Source: Eledone cirrhosa (Eukaryota). Taken from it: a stretch of 64,000 bases of DNA. The position numbers were made by a program, and so were the translations under genes. Location of the stretch: the NCBI GenBank assembly GCA_964016885.1, contig OZ024754.1, positions 16,864,001 to 16,928,000 on the forward strand, in the 5' to 3' direction. Each line of letters begins with the position of its first letter. The stretch's first letter is position 1. Positions 52,301 to 64,000 of the stretch are shown piece after piece. The notes beneath the pieces were generated by a model. That model did no database searches. It worked only from the letters and a program-made list of their open reading frames with translations, and was not told the origin of the DNA.

Positions 52301-55300
52301 TTTTGTTGTAACCAACATGACCACTTTACAGTGTGGGCTGGGCACTTTTTGTTGTTACCAACATGACAACTTTACAGTGTGGGCTGGGTGCTTTTTGTTA
52401 TTACCAACATGACCACTTTACAGTGTGGGCTGGGTGCTTTTTGTTGTTACCAACATGACCACTTTACAGTGTAGGCTGGGTGCTTTTTGTTGTGTTACCA
52501 ACATGACAACTTTACAGTGTGGGCTGGGTGCTTTTTGTTGTTACCAACATGACCACTTTACAGTGTGGGCTGGGTGCTTTTTGTTGTGTTACCAACATGA
52601 CCACTTTGCAGTGTGGGCTGGGTGCTTTTTGTTGTTACCAACATGACCACTTTACAGTGTAGGCTGGGTGCTTTTTGTTGTGTTACCAACATGACCACTT
52701 TACAGTGTGGGCTGGGTGCTTTTTGTTGTGTTACCAACATGACTACTTTACAGTGTGGGCTGGGCACTTTTTGTTGTGTTACCAACATGACTACTTTACA
52801 GTGTGGGTTGGGTGCTTTTTGCTGTGTTACCAACATGACCACTTTACAGTGTGGGCTGGGTGCTTTTTGTTGTGTTACCAACATGACCACTTTACAGTGG
52901 AGGCTGGGTGCTTTTTGTTGTTACCAACATGACAACTTTACAGTGTGGGCTGGGTGCTTTTTTTGTGTTACCAACATGACTACTTTACAGTGTAGGCTGG
53001 GTACTTTTTGTTGTGTTACCAACATGACCACTTTACAGTGTGGGCTGGGTGCTTTTTGTTGTTACCAACATGACTACTTTACAGTGGGGGCTGGGTGCTT
53101 TTTGTTGTGTTACCAACATGACCACTTTACAGTGTGGGCTGGGCACTTTTTGTTGTTACCAACATGACCACTTTACAGTGTGGGCTGGGTGCTTTTTGTT
53201 GTGTTACCAACATGACCACTTTACAGTGTAGGCTGGGTGCTTTTTTGTTGTGTTACCAACAAGACCACTTTACAGTGGGGGCTGGGTGCTTTTTGTTGTG
53301 TTACCAACATGATCACTTTTCAGTGTAGGCTGGGTGCTTTTTGTTCTGTTACCAACAAGACCACTTTTCAGTGTGGGCTAGGTGCTTTTTGTTGTGTTAC
53401 CAACAAGACCACTTTTCAGTGTGGGCTGGGTGCTTTTTGTTGTTACCTACACAACCACTTTTCAGTGTAGGCTGTGTGCTTTTTGTTGTGTTACCAACAC
53501 AACCACTTTACAGTTTAGGCTGGGAGCTTTTTGTTGTGTTACCAACATGACCACTTTACAGTGTGGGCTGGGTGATTTTTGTTGTGTTACCAACATGACC
53601 ACTTTACAGTGTGGGCTGGGTAATTTTTGTTGTGTTACCAACATGACCACTTTACAGTGTGGGCTGGGCACTTTTTGTTGTGTTACCAACATGACTACTT
53701 TACAGTGTGGGTTGAGTGCTTTTTGTTGTGTTACCAACATGACCACTTTACAGTGTGGGCTGGGCACTTTTTGTTGTGTTACCAACATGACTACTTTACA
53801 GTGTGGGCTGGGCACTTTTTGTTGTGTTACCAACATCACCACTTTACAGTGTGGGCTGGGTGCTTTTTGTTGTGTTACCAACATGACCACTTTACAGTGT
53901 GGGCTGGGCACTTTTTGTTGTGTTACCAACATGACTACTTTACAGTGTGGGCTGGGCACTTTTTGTTGTGTTACCAACATGACTACTTTACAGTGTGGGC
54001 TGGGCACTTTTTGTTGTGTTACCAACATGACTACTTTACAGTGTGGGTTGGGTGCTTTTTGTTGTGTTACCAACATGACCACTTTACAGTGTGGGCTGGG
54101 TGCTTTTTGTTGTGTTACCAACAAGACTACTTTACAGTGTGGGTTGGGTGCTTTTTGTTGTGTACCAACATGACCACTTTACAGTGTGGGTTGGGTGCTT
54201 ATTGTTGTGTTACCAACATGACCACTTTACAGTGTGGGCTGGGCACTTTTTGTTGTGTTACCAACATGACTACTTTACAGTGCGGGCTGGGTGCTTTTTG
54301 TTGTGTTACCAACATGACTACTTTACAGTGTGGGTTGGGTGCTTTTTGTTGTTACCAACATGACCACTTTACAGTGTGGGTTGGGTGCTTTTTGTTGTTA
54401 CCAACATGACCACTTTACAGTGTAGGTTGGGTGCTTTTTGTTGTGTTACCAACACGACCACTTTACAGTGTGGGCTGGGTGATTTTTGTTCTGTTACCAA
54501 CATGACAACTTTACAGTGTGGGCTGGGTGCTTTTCGTTGTGTTACCAACATGACCACTTTACAGTGTGGGCTGGGTGCTTTTTGTTGTTACCAACATGAC
54601 CACTTTACAGTGTGGGTTGGGCATTTTTTGTTGTTACCAACATGACCACTTTACAGTGTGGGCTGGGCACTTTTTGTTGTTACCAACATGACCACTTTAC
54701 AGTGTGGGTTGGGCACTTTTTGTTGTTACCAACATGACCACTTTACAGTGGGGGCTGGGTGCTTTTTGTTGTGTTACCAACATGACTACTTTACAGTGGG
54801 GGCTGGGCACTTTTTGTTGTTACCAACATGACCACTTTACAGTGTGGGTTGGGCACTTTTTGTTGTTACCAACATGACCACTTTACAGTGGGGGATGGGT
54901 GCTTTTTGTTGTGTTACCAACATGACTACTTTACAGTGGGGGCTGGGTGCTTTTTGTTGTGTTACCAACATGACCACTTTACAGTGTGGGTTGGGCATTT
55001 TTTGTTGTAACCAACATGACCACTTTACAGTGTGGGCTGGGTGCTTTTTGTTGTGTTACCAACATGACCACTTTACAGTGTGGGCTGGGCACTTTTTGTT
55101 GTTACCAACATGACAACTTTACAGTGTGGGCTGGGTGCTTTTTGTTATTACCAACATGACCACTTTACAGTATGGGCTGGGTGCTTTTTGTAGTGTTACC
55201 AATATGACCACTTTACAGTGTGGGCTGGGTGCTTTTTGTTGTTACCAACATGACCACTTTACAGTGTAGGCTGGGTGCTTTTTGTTGTGTTACCAACATG

Positions 55301-57038
55301 ACAACTTTACAGTGTGGGCTGGGTGCTTTTTGTTGTTACCAACATGACCACTTTACAGTGTGGGCTGGGTGCTTTTTGTTGTGTTACCAACATGACCACT
55401 TTGCAGTGTGGGCTGGGTGCTTTTTGTTGTTACCAACATGACCACTTTACAGTGTAGGCTGAGTGCTTTTTGTTGTGTTACCAACATGACCACTTTACAG
55501 TGTGGGCTGGGTGCTTTTTGTTGTGTTACCAACATGACTACTTTACAGTGTGGGCTGGGCACTTTTTGTTGTGTTACCAACATGACTACTTTACAGTGTG
55601 GGCTGGGCACTTTTTGTTGTGTTACCAACATGACTACTTTACAGTGTGGGTTGGGTGCTTTTTGTTGTTACCAACATGACTACTTTACAGTGGGGGCTGG
55701 GTGCTTTTTGTTGTGTTACCAACATGACCACTTTACAGTGTGGGCTGGGCACTTTTTGTTGTTACCAACATGACCACTTTACAGTGTGGGCTGGCTGCTT
55801 TTTGTTGTGTTACCAACATGACCACTTTACAGTGTGGGCTAGGCACTTTTTGTTGTTACCAACATGACCACTTTACAGTGTGGGCTGGGTGCTTTTTGTT
55901 GTGTTACCAATATGACCACTTTACAGTATGGGCTGGGTGCTTTTTGTAGTGTTACCAATATGACCACTTTACAGTGTGGGCTGGGTGCTTTTTGTTGTTA
56001 CCAACATGACCACTTTACAGTGTAGGCTGGGTGCTTTTTGTTGTGTTACCAACATGACAACTTTACAGTGTGGGCTGGGTGCTTTTTGTTGTTACCAACA
56101 TGACCACTTTACAGTGTGGGCTGGGTGCTTTTTGTTGTGTTACCAACATGACCACTTTGCAGTTTGGGCTGGGTGCTTTTTGTTGTTACCAACATGACCA
56201 CTTTACAGTGTAGGCTGGGTGCTTTTTGTTGTGTTACCAACATGACCACTTTACAGTGTGGGCTGGGTGCTTTTTGTTGTTACCAACATGACCACTTTAC
56301 AGTGTGGGCTGGGTGCTTTTTGTTGTGTTACCAACATGACCACTTTACAGTGGAGGCTGGGTGCTTTTTGTTGTTACCAACATGACTACTTTACAGTGGG
56401 GGCTGGGTGCTTTTTGTTGTGTTACCAACATGACCACTTTACAGTGTGGGCTGGGCACTTTTTGTTGTTACCAACATGACCACTTTACAGTGTGGGCTGG
56501 GTGCTTTTTGTTGTGTTACCAACATGACCACTTTACAGTGTAAGCTGGGCACTTTTTGTTGTTACCAACATGACCACTTTACAGTGTGGGCTGGGTGCTT
56601 TTTGTTGTGTTACCAACATGGCCACTTTACAGTGTGGGCTGGGCACTTTTTGTTGTTACCAACATGACCACTTTACAGTGTGGGCTGGGTGCTTTTTGTT
56701 GTGTTACCAATATGACCACTTTACAGTATGGGCTGGGTGCTTTTTGTTGTGTTACCAACATGACAACTTTACAGTGTTGGCTGGGTGCTTTTTGTTGTGT
56801 TACCAACATGACCACTTTACAGTGTGGGCTGGGCACTTTTTGTTGTTACCAACATGACCACTTTACAGTGTGGGCTGGGTGCTTTTTGTTGTTACCAACA
56901 TGACCACTTTACAGTGTGGGCTGGGCACTTTTTGTTGTTACCAACATGACCACTTTAAAGTGTGGGCTGGGCACTTTTTGTTGTTACCAACATGACCACT
57001 TTACAGTGTGGGCTGGGCACCTTTTGCACTTTACAGTG
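49315..57038. repeat. Satellite array, 46/48-bp unit CCACTTTACAGTGTGGGCTGGGTGCTTTTTGTTG(TG)TTACCAACATGA, ~160 copies
   Basis: Head-to-tail units with no spacers; unit matches RTE UTR sequence at 33150-33205. Confidence 0.98.
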
Positions 57039-57362
57039 TATATTTTTAGTTCCATATTAAAAAAAAATTTAATTGTGAGAGAAAATGACGCACATGGTCT
57101 TTGCAAATCCTTTCTCTCTGGGCTGATGAGAACAATTTGGTGTTTAGCTCTTAAATCCTCCGTCAGAAAAAATTCAGGTGAAGGAATAATTGAGGAAAGT
57201 ATCTAGTGTGGGCAGGTGCAGAACATGTTCTTTCCCCTTCTATGACCAGATTTTTAATGAAATACACTGTATTTGAATTAATCAATAAAAAATTTGGCGG
57301 GATTTATTAAAGTTATTAATTATTTCATTAAGATAGTATTTTTAACATAATTTAAGAAATGG

Positions 57363-57695
57363 TTCATTTCATTTTACGTCCACCTTTTCCCTGCTTGCAA
57401 GGGTGGGACGGGAACTGATGCTGGCTTGATTTCTACAGCTGGATGCCCTTCCTAACACCAACCTCATTTACAGTGAGTGCTGGGTGGTTTTTTGCCGTGG
57501 CACCTCCATGACCACTTTGCAGTGGAATGATATGGATCCCAGTCCCTATCATCTCATTTCTACAGCTGAGTAAACTGGAGCAATGTGAAATAAAGTGTCT
57601 TGCTCAAGGAAACAACACATCACCCGGTCTGAGAATTGAACTCACAACCTTTCGATTGCAAGGCCAATGCTCTAACCACTAAGCCATGTGCCTCC
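57363..57695 (-). mobile_element. tRNA-derived SINE (head 1, RTE-type tail)
   Basis: Reverse complement of 21384-21722. Confidence 0.9.
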
Positions 57696-58011
57696 ATAAA
57701 TATCAAATTATGTTGGAAGATTTTGATTCAAATAGGACGCTTTTAAAACAGGTGGTTTTGTTTCTTAGAACCAAAGGTGTTTTGGAGCAGGTTGGTATCC
57801 AAAGGATTAATGATAGTTACTTTAATATTTTACAGTGTCAGCAACTGATCAGAGATTAAATATTCTCTAGCTCCAAATAAGCCCCCTTAGCCTTTACAAA
57901 GCAGTTTTGGTAAACTTATATAAGTGACGTCACCATGCAAGATCATCAGAGATTTTGAAGACTAAAATCTTTTCAACACTGACGTTTGTCTGAGTATATT
58001 ATTATAAACAA

Positions 58012-58410
58012 GGGCGGTGGATTGGCAGTGTCGGTAGAGGGTCGGATGTCATGCTTTGACGCATAGAGTTACGGCCCTTGCCATTCTGATTTCAAATCCC
58101 GCCGAGGTTAACTTTGCCTTTCATCCTTACGGGGTCGATAAAATAAAGTACCAGTAATACACTGGGTAATTGTTGGCCTTGTGCCTAACGTAGAAACAAT
58201 TATTATAAACACGGGGCGGTGGATTGGCAGTGTCGGTAGAGGGTCGGATGTCATGCTTTGTAGCAAAGAGTTGCAGTCCTTTACGGTCTGAGTTCAAATC
58301 CCACCGAGGTTAACTTTGCCTTTCATCCTTACGGGGTTGATAAAATAAAGTACCAGTAATGTACTGGGATAATTGCTGGCCTTGTGTCAAAAGTAGATAC
58401 TATTATTATA
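58012..58410 (+). mobile_element. Head-to-tail dimer of SINE (head 2 family)
   Basis: Two ~195-bp units starting GGGCGGTGGATTGGCAGTGTCGG; B box TTCAAATCC. Confidence 0.88.
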
Positions 58411-58511
58411 AACACGCAAACACTTACAAAATAAGTCACTCAAATTTATATATAGATTGTACACACAAGTGTAGGGAATGTTAGATGCTGTTTTCTGTAG
58501 TTTGTGATCAG

Positions 58512-58667
58512 CCCTTCCTTCCTCAGTCATCTCTAATGCATGATGTTATCACCCCTTCCTTCCTCAGTCATCTCTAATGCATGACGTTATCACCCCTTCC
58601 TTCCTCAATAGTGTCTAGTGTGTGACATCATCACCCCTTCCATCCTCAGTCATCTCTAGTGTGTGAC
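58512..58667. repeat. Minisatellite ~41 bp x4
   Basis: CCCTTCCTTCCTCAGTCATCTCTAATGCATGA repeated. Confidence 0.88.
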
Positions 58668-58996
58668 AAATGGACGGAAGTTGCTGAAATTTATATATTG
58701 ACTAGCATTGTAGTGTTTTTATTTAGCAGGCAACATTACATTCTTCTGGTATATATTTTCTTTCTGCTGTTCTAGTATAAAGATAGATAAAATTTACAAC
58801 CTATGTTAGTTACTAAATGTCAGTATTCTTTAGAGTTGTAAACTGATTTTATTTCAATCTATTCAATTTAAAGAACTCTTCAAATGTTGAACTGCCGTAG
58901 TACTTTAACTAATGAGGTATATTGTTTGATGTTTCATGCCTATTATTGTTGTAGTGCACCTGAACACTGTAGACAATAATTTCATTATTATTGTTA

Positions 58997-59027
<31 letters not shown>

Positions 59028-59030
59028 TAT

Positions 59031-62000
59031 GACCATGCTGTAAAATGGAGGGGTAGAGAGGGCCCTTGAGTCTAGTAAGACATCCTCCCTAGTGCTGGTG
59101 GCACAAATAAAAGCACCCACTCCATGCTGTAAAGTGGCGCTGGTGTTAGGAAGGGCATCCAACCAGTGTATCAATGCCAAAACGCTTAGCAGCACAGCAA
59201 CAAATAGATAGGAACAACAACAAAATATGAAGACGTCGCATCTCAGAGTTGCAACACTTAATGTTGGCACTCTCAGAGGTAGATCTGCTGAAATAGCGGA
59301 GATGCTGGAGAGAAGGCATGTGGATGTGTGCTGCATGCAAGAGGTGAGATGGAGAGGTGCCTCTGCGAGACTAGTCGTAGGCAAACATCTTAGCTATAAG
59401 CTTTTCTGTGTTAGGGAGAGTAGGTATTTTCCTGGCTGAGAGATGGATCAATAAGACAATAAAGGTAGTTTGAGTTAATAATCGAATAATTAAGCTTAGA
59501 TTAGTTGTAGGCAGGAGACTACTGACAATCATCTCTGCCTATGTTTCTCAAGCAGTCCTAGGCAAAGATGAGAAAGACTGCTTTTACGAGCAACTTTTAC
59601 AAACAACCGCAATGACAGAGGACGGAGACATCGTTATGCTAGCAGGGGACTTAAATGGCCATGTTGGACAGCTCCAGGATGGTTACACTGGGGTACATGG
59701 TGGGCACGGTTACGGCTCAAGAAATGAAGGAGTGAGACTTCTTGAATTTTGTGATGCAAGTACACTGACTATTTGCAACACAAACTTCCAGACACCTGCC
59801 AATCACCTAATAATCTACAAATCTGGCGAGCACATAAGCCAGATTGACTTCTTACTAGTTAAGCAGCGGGACAGGCAGATAGTGTCTAGTACCAAGGCAT
59901 ACCCTGGGGAAAAATGTACCCCACAGCATAGGTTAGTCGTTAGTGATATCTCAGTAAGCAAGAGATGGAATGAGACATACAGGAAGGTGTGGAGAAGAAA
60001 GGTCTGGAAGCTAAAAGACCTTTCACTAAAATACAAATTTAGGAAAGCCCTTCAAGATGTGTATGATGAAAAAGAAGACGATTTAGAGATGTATGACATA
60101 GATAATAACTGGAATTTCTTACGTGACAACTTACTGCAGGCTACTGATGAAACTTGTGGCTGGAGCAGAACTCCAACCAGACAGAGAGTGACCTGGTGGT
60201 GGAACAGCACAGTAGATAAGGCCATTAGAGACAAAAGATTAGCATGGAAGGCTTGGAATAAGGGTGGGAGTAGGGAAGAATATACAGCCGCTAAGAGAGA
60301 AGCTAGACGTCAGGTGTACTTAGCACGCAGGGAGGCTGAGAGTAGGAGGTTTGCCAATGTTCTGCGACGGGAAGATCAGAGGCGTGCGGTGTTTCACATT
60401 GTAAGGTAGTGTGTCAATGCAAATCAGGATGTTGTTGGAGATAAATGTGTCCGGAATGATGCCGGTGTACTTTGTGTCATGAATGATCAGAAAAAGGAGG
60501 CCTGGAAATGTCATTATGAGAGACTGATGAATGTGGAGAACGACTGGGAGAGAGAGAAATTACCCTCAGTAGATCCGACAGAGGGACCAGCTATTGAGAT
60601 TGACGAATATAGGGTCCAAGAGGCGATTAAGGAAATGAAAAATGGTAAGGTTGCTGGACCATTGGGAATAGTTGCTGAGATGCTGAAGGCATCAGGGGAC
60701 GTAGCCACTAAACTGGTTGCACGCATCATCAATCAGGCTATATATGGTGGTGTCATACCCAAAGACTGGTGCAGCAGTATTCTCATAAATTGCTACAAAG
60801 GTAAAGGGGATGCTCTGGAGAGGAGCAATTATAGGGGTATAAAACTGATGGATCAGGTTATGAAAGTGGCAGAAAGGATATTAGCACAACTAATTAGAGA
60901 AAGGGTCAAACTAGATGAGATGCAGTTTGGTTTTGTGCCTGGGAAGAGTACAACAGATGCCCTCTTCTTGGTGAGACAATTGCAAGAGAGGTTCTTAGAG
61001 AAAAATAAGCCACTATACTTAGCCTTTGTTGACCTAGAGAAGGCCTTTGATAGGGTACCCCGATCTGTCATCTGGTGGTCCCTAAGGAAACTAGGTGTTG
61101 AGAAATGGCTTGTGAGGACAGTGCAAACTTTGTACAGAGGTACTGTCAGTAAAGTCAGAGTAGGAATGGAGTTTAGTGAGGAATTCCAGATACAAGTAGG
61201 AGTACATCAAGGTTCGGTCCTCAGCCCGCTCTTGTTCATTATAGTCCTCCAAGCCATAACAGAGGAGTTTAAGACTGGCTGTCCATGGGAACTTCTCTAT
61301 GCTGACGATCTGGTTCTTATAGCAGAATCAGTAGAGGAGCTAGAGAATAAATTCTGGCTATGGAAACAGCAGTTGGAAGCAAGACAAGAGGACTGAGAGT
61401 GAACCTAGCTAAGACAAAAGTGTTGATGAGTAGAAAAGATGACAAAACTCTGATTCCGTCAGGGAAATGGCCATGTTCGATATGCAGAAAAGGAACTGGC
61501 ATAAATTCTATAAAATGCACACAATGCAGATCCTGGGTACACAAGAGATGTAGCAGGATAGCAGGCAAACTAACAGGTAGGGAGAAATATGTATGCAGTA
61601 GATGTACAGGGAAATTAGACAGTAGAAGTTGCATTGATAGACACATTTTTCAAATGTGAGAGGGCGCTATAGAAGTGGTGGATAGCTTCCGGTACCTAGG
61701 AGATCAGATTAGCATGGGAGGAGGGTGTTCCGAGGCCATAGTATCTAGAATAAGGACGGGTTGGAAGAAGTTTAGGGAGCTGCTTCTTCTGCTGACGAAG
61801 AAGGGTTCCTCCCTGCGTACGAAAGGCCGGTTATATGATGCCTGTGTGAGGTGCGCGATGCTGCATGGTAGTGAGACATGGGCAGCAACTGCAGAGGATA
61901 TGCGACGGCTGGAGAGAAATGAGGCAAGCATGCTCCGTTGGATGTGCAGTGTCAATGTGCGTGAACGACCCAGCATGAATGTGTTGAGAGAGAAACTGTG

Positions 62001-62302
62001 TCTGAGAGGGATAGAATGTAGTGTGCGAGAGAGGAGACTGAGGTGGTATGGACATGTGATGCGCATGGAGGATGACTGATGGGTGAAGAAGTGCCAGGAA
62101 ATGCCAGTTGAAGGAAGACATGGTAGACTACTAAAAACATGGGCGGAGGTAGTGAGAACAGATTCTCAGATCGCTGAAGCTCATGGTGGAGATGACGAAG
62201 GACCGTGATGAGTGGAGAGTTGCTGTGCTGAATAAGAACCGTCCCACTCTTGCAAGCAGGGAAGAGCGGACGTAAAATGATGATGATGATGATGACGATG
62301 AT
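59031..62302 (+). mobile_element. RTE LINE family C, full length, disrupted
   Basis: 5' UTR, ATG 59227, [38 protein letters not shown], (GAT)n tail; several stops and frameshifts. Confidence 0.96.
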
Positions 62303-62725
62303 ATGAATGTATGTATAGTATATTTGGTAATATATTGTATGTTTAATTAAAAACATTTTGAAGACCTTGCGCTATTATTTTAAAGTAGTGACTAAAAATT
62401 AAAATTAATTAAGTTTTGCTGGACCAGCGATCACTCTGTATAATCAGCTCCTGATTATTACTGGAATTCTATAAGAATCCACCCTCTGTAATTTTCTGCA
62501 GAGGTCGACGAGTACGTTGCTCTGAGGAACACCAACAGTGTGAAACAGATCTGTCAGCTCCTCTCCCTTCCTTTGCTGAAAAAAAGAAGTAAGTGACATA
62601 GTCACTACTTTAAAATAATAGCACAAGGTCTTCAAAATGTTTTTAATTAAACATACAGTATATTACCAAATATACTATACATACATTCATGTATACATCG
62701 CTATTTCAGAGCACCAATCCTAATA
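62303..62725 (+). mobile_element. Penelope-like remnant with 92-bp inverted arms flanking a hammerhead
   Basis: 62303-62394 / 62599-62690 inverted; short 3' extension ending at a TA tract. Confidence 0.72.
62519..62558 (+). ncRNA. Minimal type I hammerhead ribozyme
   Basis: GCT CTGAGGA ACAC-CAACA-GTGT GAA ACAGATCTGT C^AGC; GUC triplet, palindromic stem III. Confidence 0.85.
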
Positions 62726-62899
62726 TATATATATATGTATATATATATAGACACAAAAGAAAAGAAAGAAAAGTAACCTTTTTCTTTTCTTGTTTGAATT
62801 AATCTCTGACTCCATTTACCATTCAGCATATTTACATAAAATTTCATCGGAGGAAGAAATGAAACCCAGCACACCCAGATTTAGTCTCAATCTATTTTC

Positions 62900-63255
62900 A
62901 GGTCTTCTTTCTCTAGGGTAAGGACTCCCTTTAGTTATGAATAACTATGGGATTTGTACCTAGAATGTTCCCCTCCGAAGCACAAGTTGGGATAAGGTTG
63001 ATTGTGGAAGACCAGCAGTCACCCATGCACCCCAGCCTCCCATCTCCATGTCACCGATGTTGTCCAAGGAAAAGGCAATGACCAATACACTTGGAAGTAG
63101 TGACGTCACAACTCATTTCTACAGCTGAGTAAACTAGAACAATGTGAAATAAAGTGTCTTGCTCAAGGACACAACACACCATTCAGTCCAAAAGTCAAAC
63201 CCACAACCCCCCCAGTTGTAAGCCAAATGCTCTAACCACTAAGCCATGTGCCTTC
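62900..63255 (-). mobile_element. tRNA-derived SINE (head 1, tail type 1)
   Basis: Reverse complement homolog of 1813-2145. Confidence 0.8.
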
Positions 63256-63486
63256 TATCATATAGGTAAACTACACCATTTGAGCTCATGGCACTTTTTT
63301 TTTCATTCAGCATATTACCTGTTTACATTACATGTCACTTACATATGTTCTTGCACTCAAGGTGCATCTGGTGCAGTTTATTGTGGCATCATCATTAGGG
63401 TGGTTGTCTTGTCTTCAACACAACTGAAGGATTCTCGATCCTGATATTTGGTGAGTTTTCTTTGGCTGGACACATTTCCTGTCAAT

Positions 63487-63646
63487 ATCATCATCATTTT
63501 TGTGTCCGTCTTTTTCCACGCCTGCACAGGTTGGATGGGTTTTTCCCAGCACAGCATCTCTCCACTCATTGCATTCCTTTTTCATCTCCTCTGTGAATCT
63601 CAGTGATTTGAGGTCAGCTATCACAACCTCTGCCTAGGTCTTTCTT
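63487..63646 (-). mobile_element. RTE 3'-end fragment
   Basis: KT*AEVVIADLKSLRFTEEM..WRDAVL followed by a (GAT)n tail. Confidence 0.75.
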
Positions 63647-64000
63647 GAGATAATTGCTGGCCTTGTGCCAAAAGTAGAAACAATTATTTTAGGTTCAAAT
63701 AACAATATTAGCCTAGAACAACAGACTATTACATTCACAACTGTGTAATTAAGAAGTATGAAATGCAAATTGTTAAATACAAAATGGTAGAATGAAAACA
63801 AAGTTTTTATAAACAAAAAAGGCCTACTCCAACTTAAGATTCTATTTAATTATTGTAAAGAATATGTGCATATCTAGAATTAGTAAATTTACCCCTGAGT
63901 AAGTAAAATTCATCCCTTGAAATGAAAATGTATCTCATGATGGAAATCCCCAAACATTTAAATGTCTTTATCACTGGTTTAACCTTTTTGATACTAAACA

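Noticed and set aside
49315-57038. CRISPR array or repeat-protein gene
   Set aside because: No unique spacers or cas genes; 46/48-bp alternation shifts frame, so the ORFs are by-products.

Overview
Eukaryotic, AT-rich, repeat-saturated DNA with no recognisable host gene. The repeat mix suggests a cephalopod (octopus-like) genome; this is inference only. Contents: three RTE-clade LINE families (informal labels A, B, C; about 9 copies, two near full length), a young CR1-group LINE with an open 622-aa RT ORF, a DD37D (maT) transposon, a mariner fragment, a Penelope (RT+GIY-YIG) fragment, tRNA-derived SINEs, TTAA-flanked MITEs, a small Helitron, a TRIM-like mini LTR element and many microsatellites. 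Two things stand out. (1) About 12 hammerhead-ribozyme motifs from about 7 sequence families, folded by eye, almost all in short Penelope-like remnants inserted in (TA)n tracts. Several lie in long inverted repeats that put a ribozyme on each strand, and one is a rare U3-A8 core variant with a large stem II insertion. (2) A 7.7-kb 46/48-bp satellite derived from a structured module in RTE UTRs and SINEs, with 1-, 2-, 4- and ~160-copy states all present in the window.
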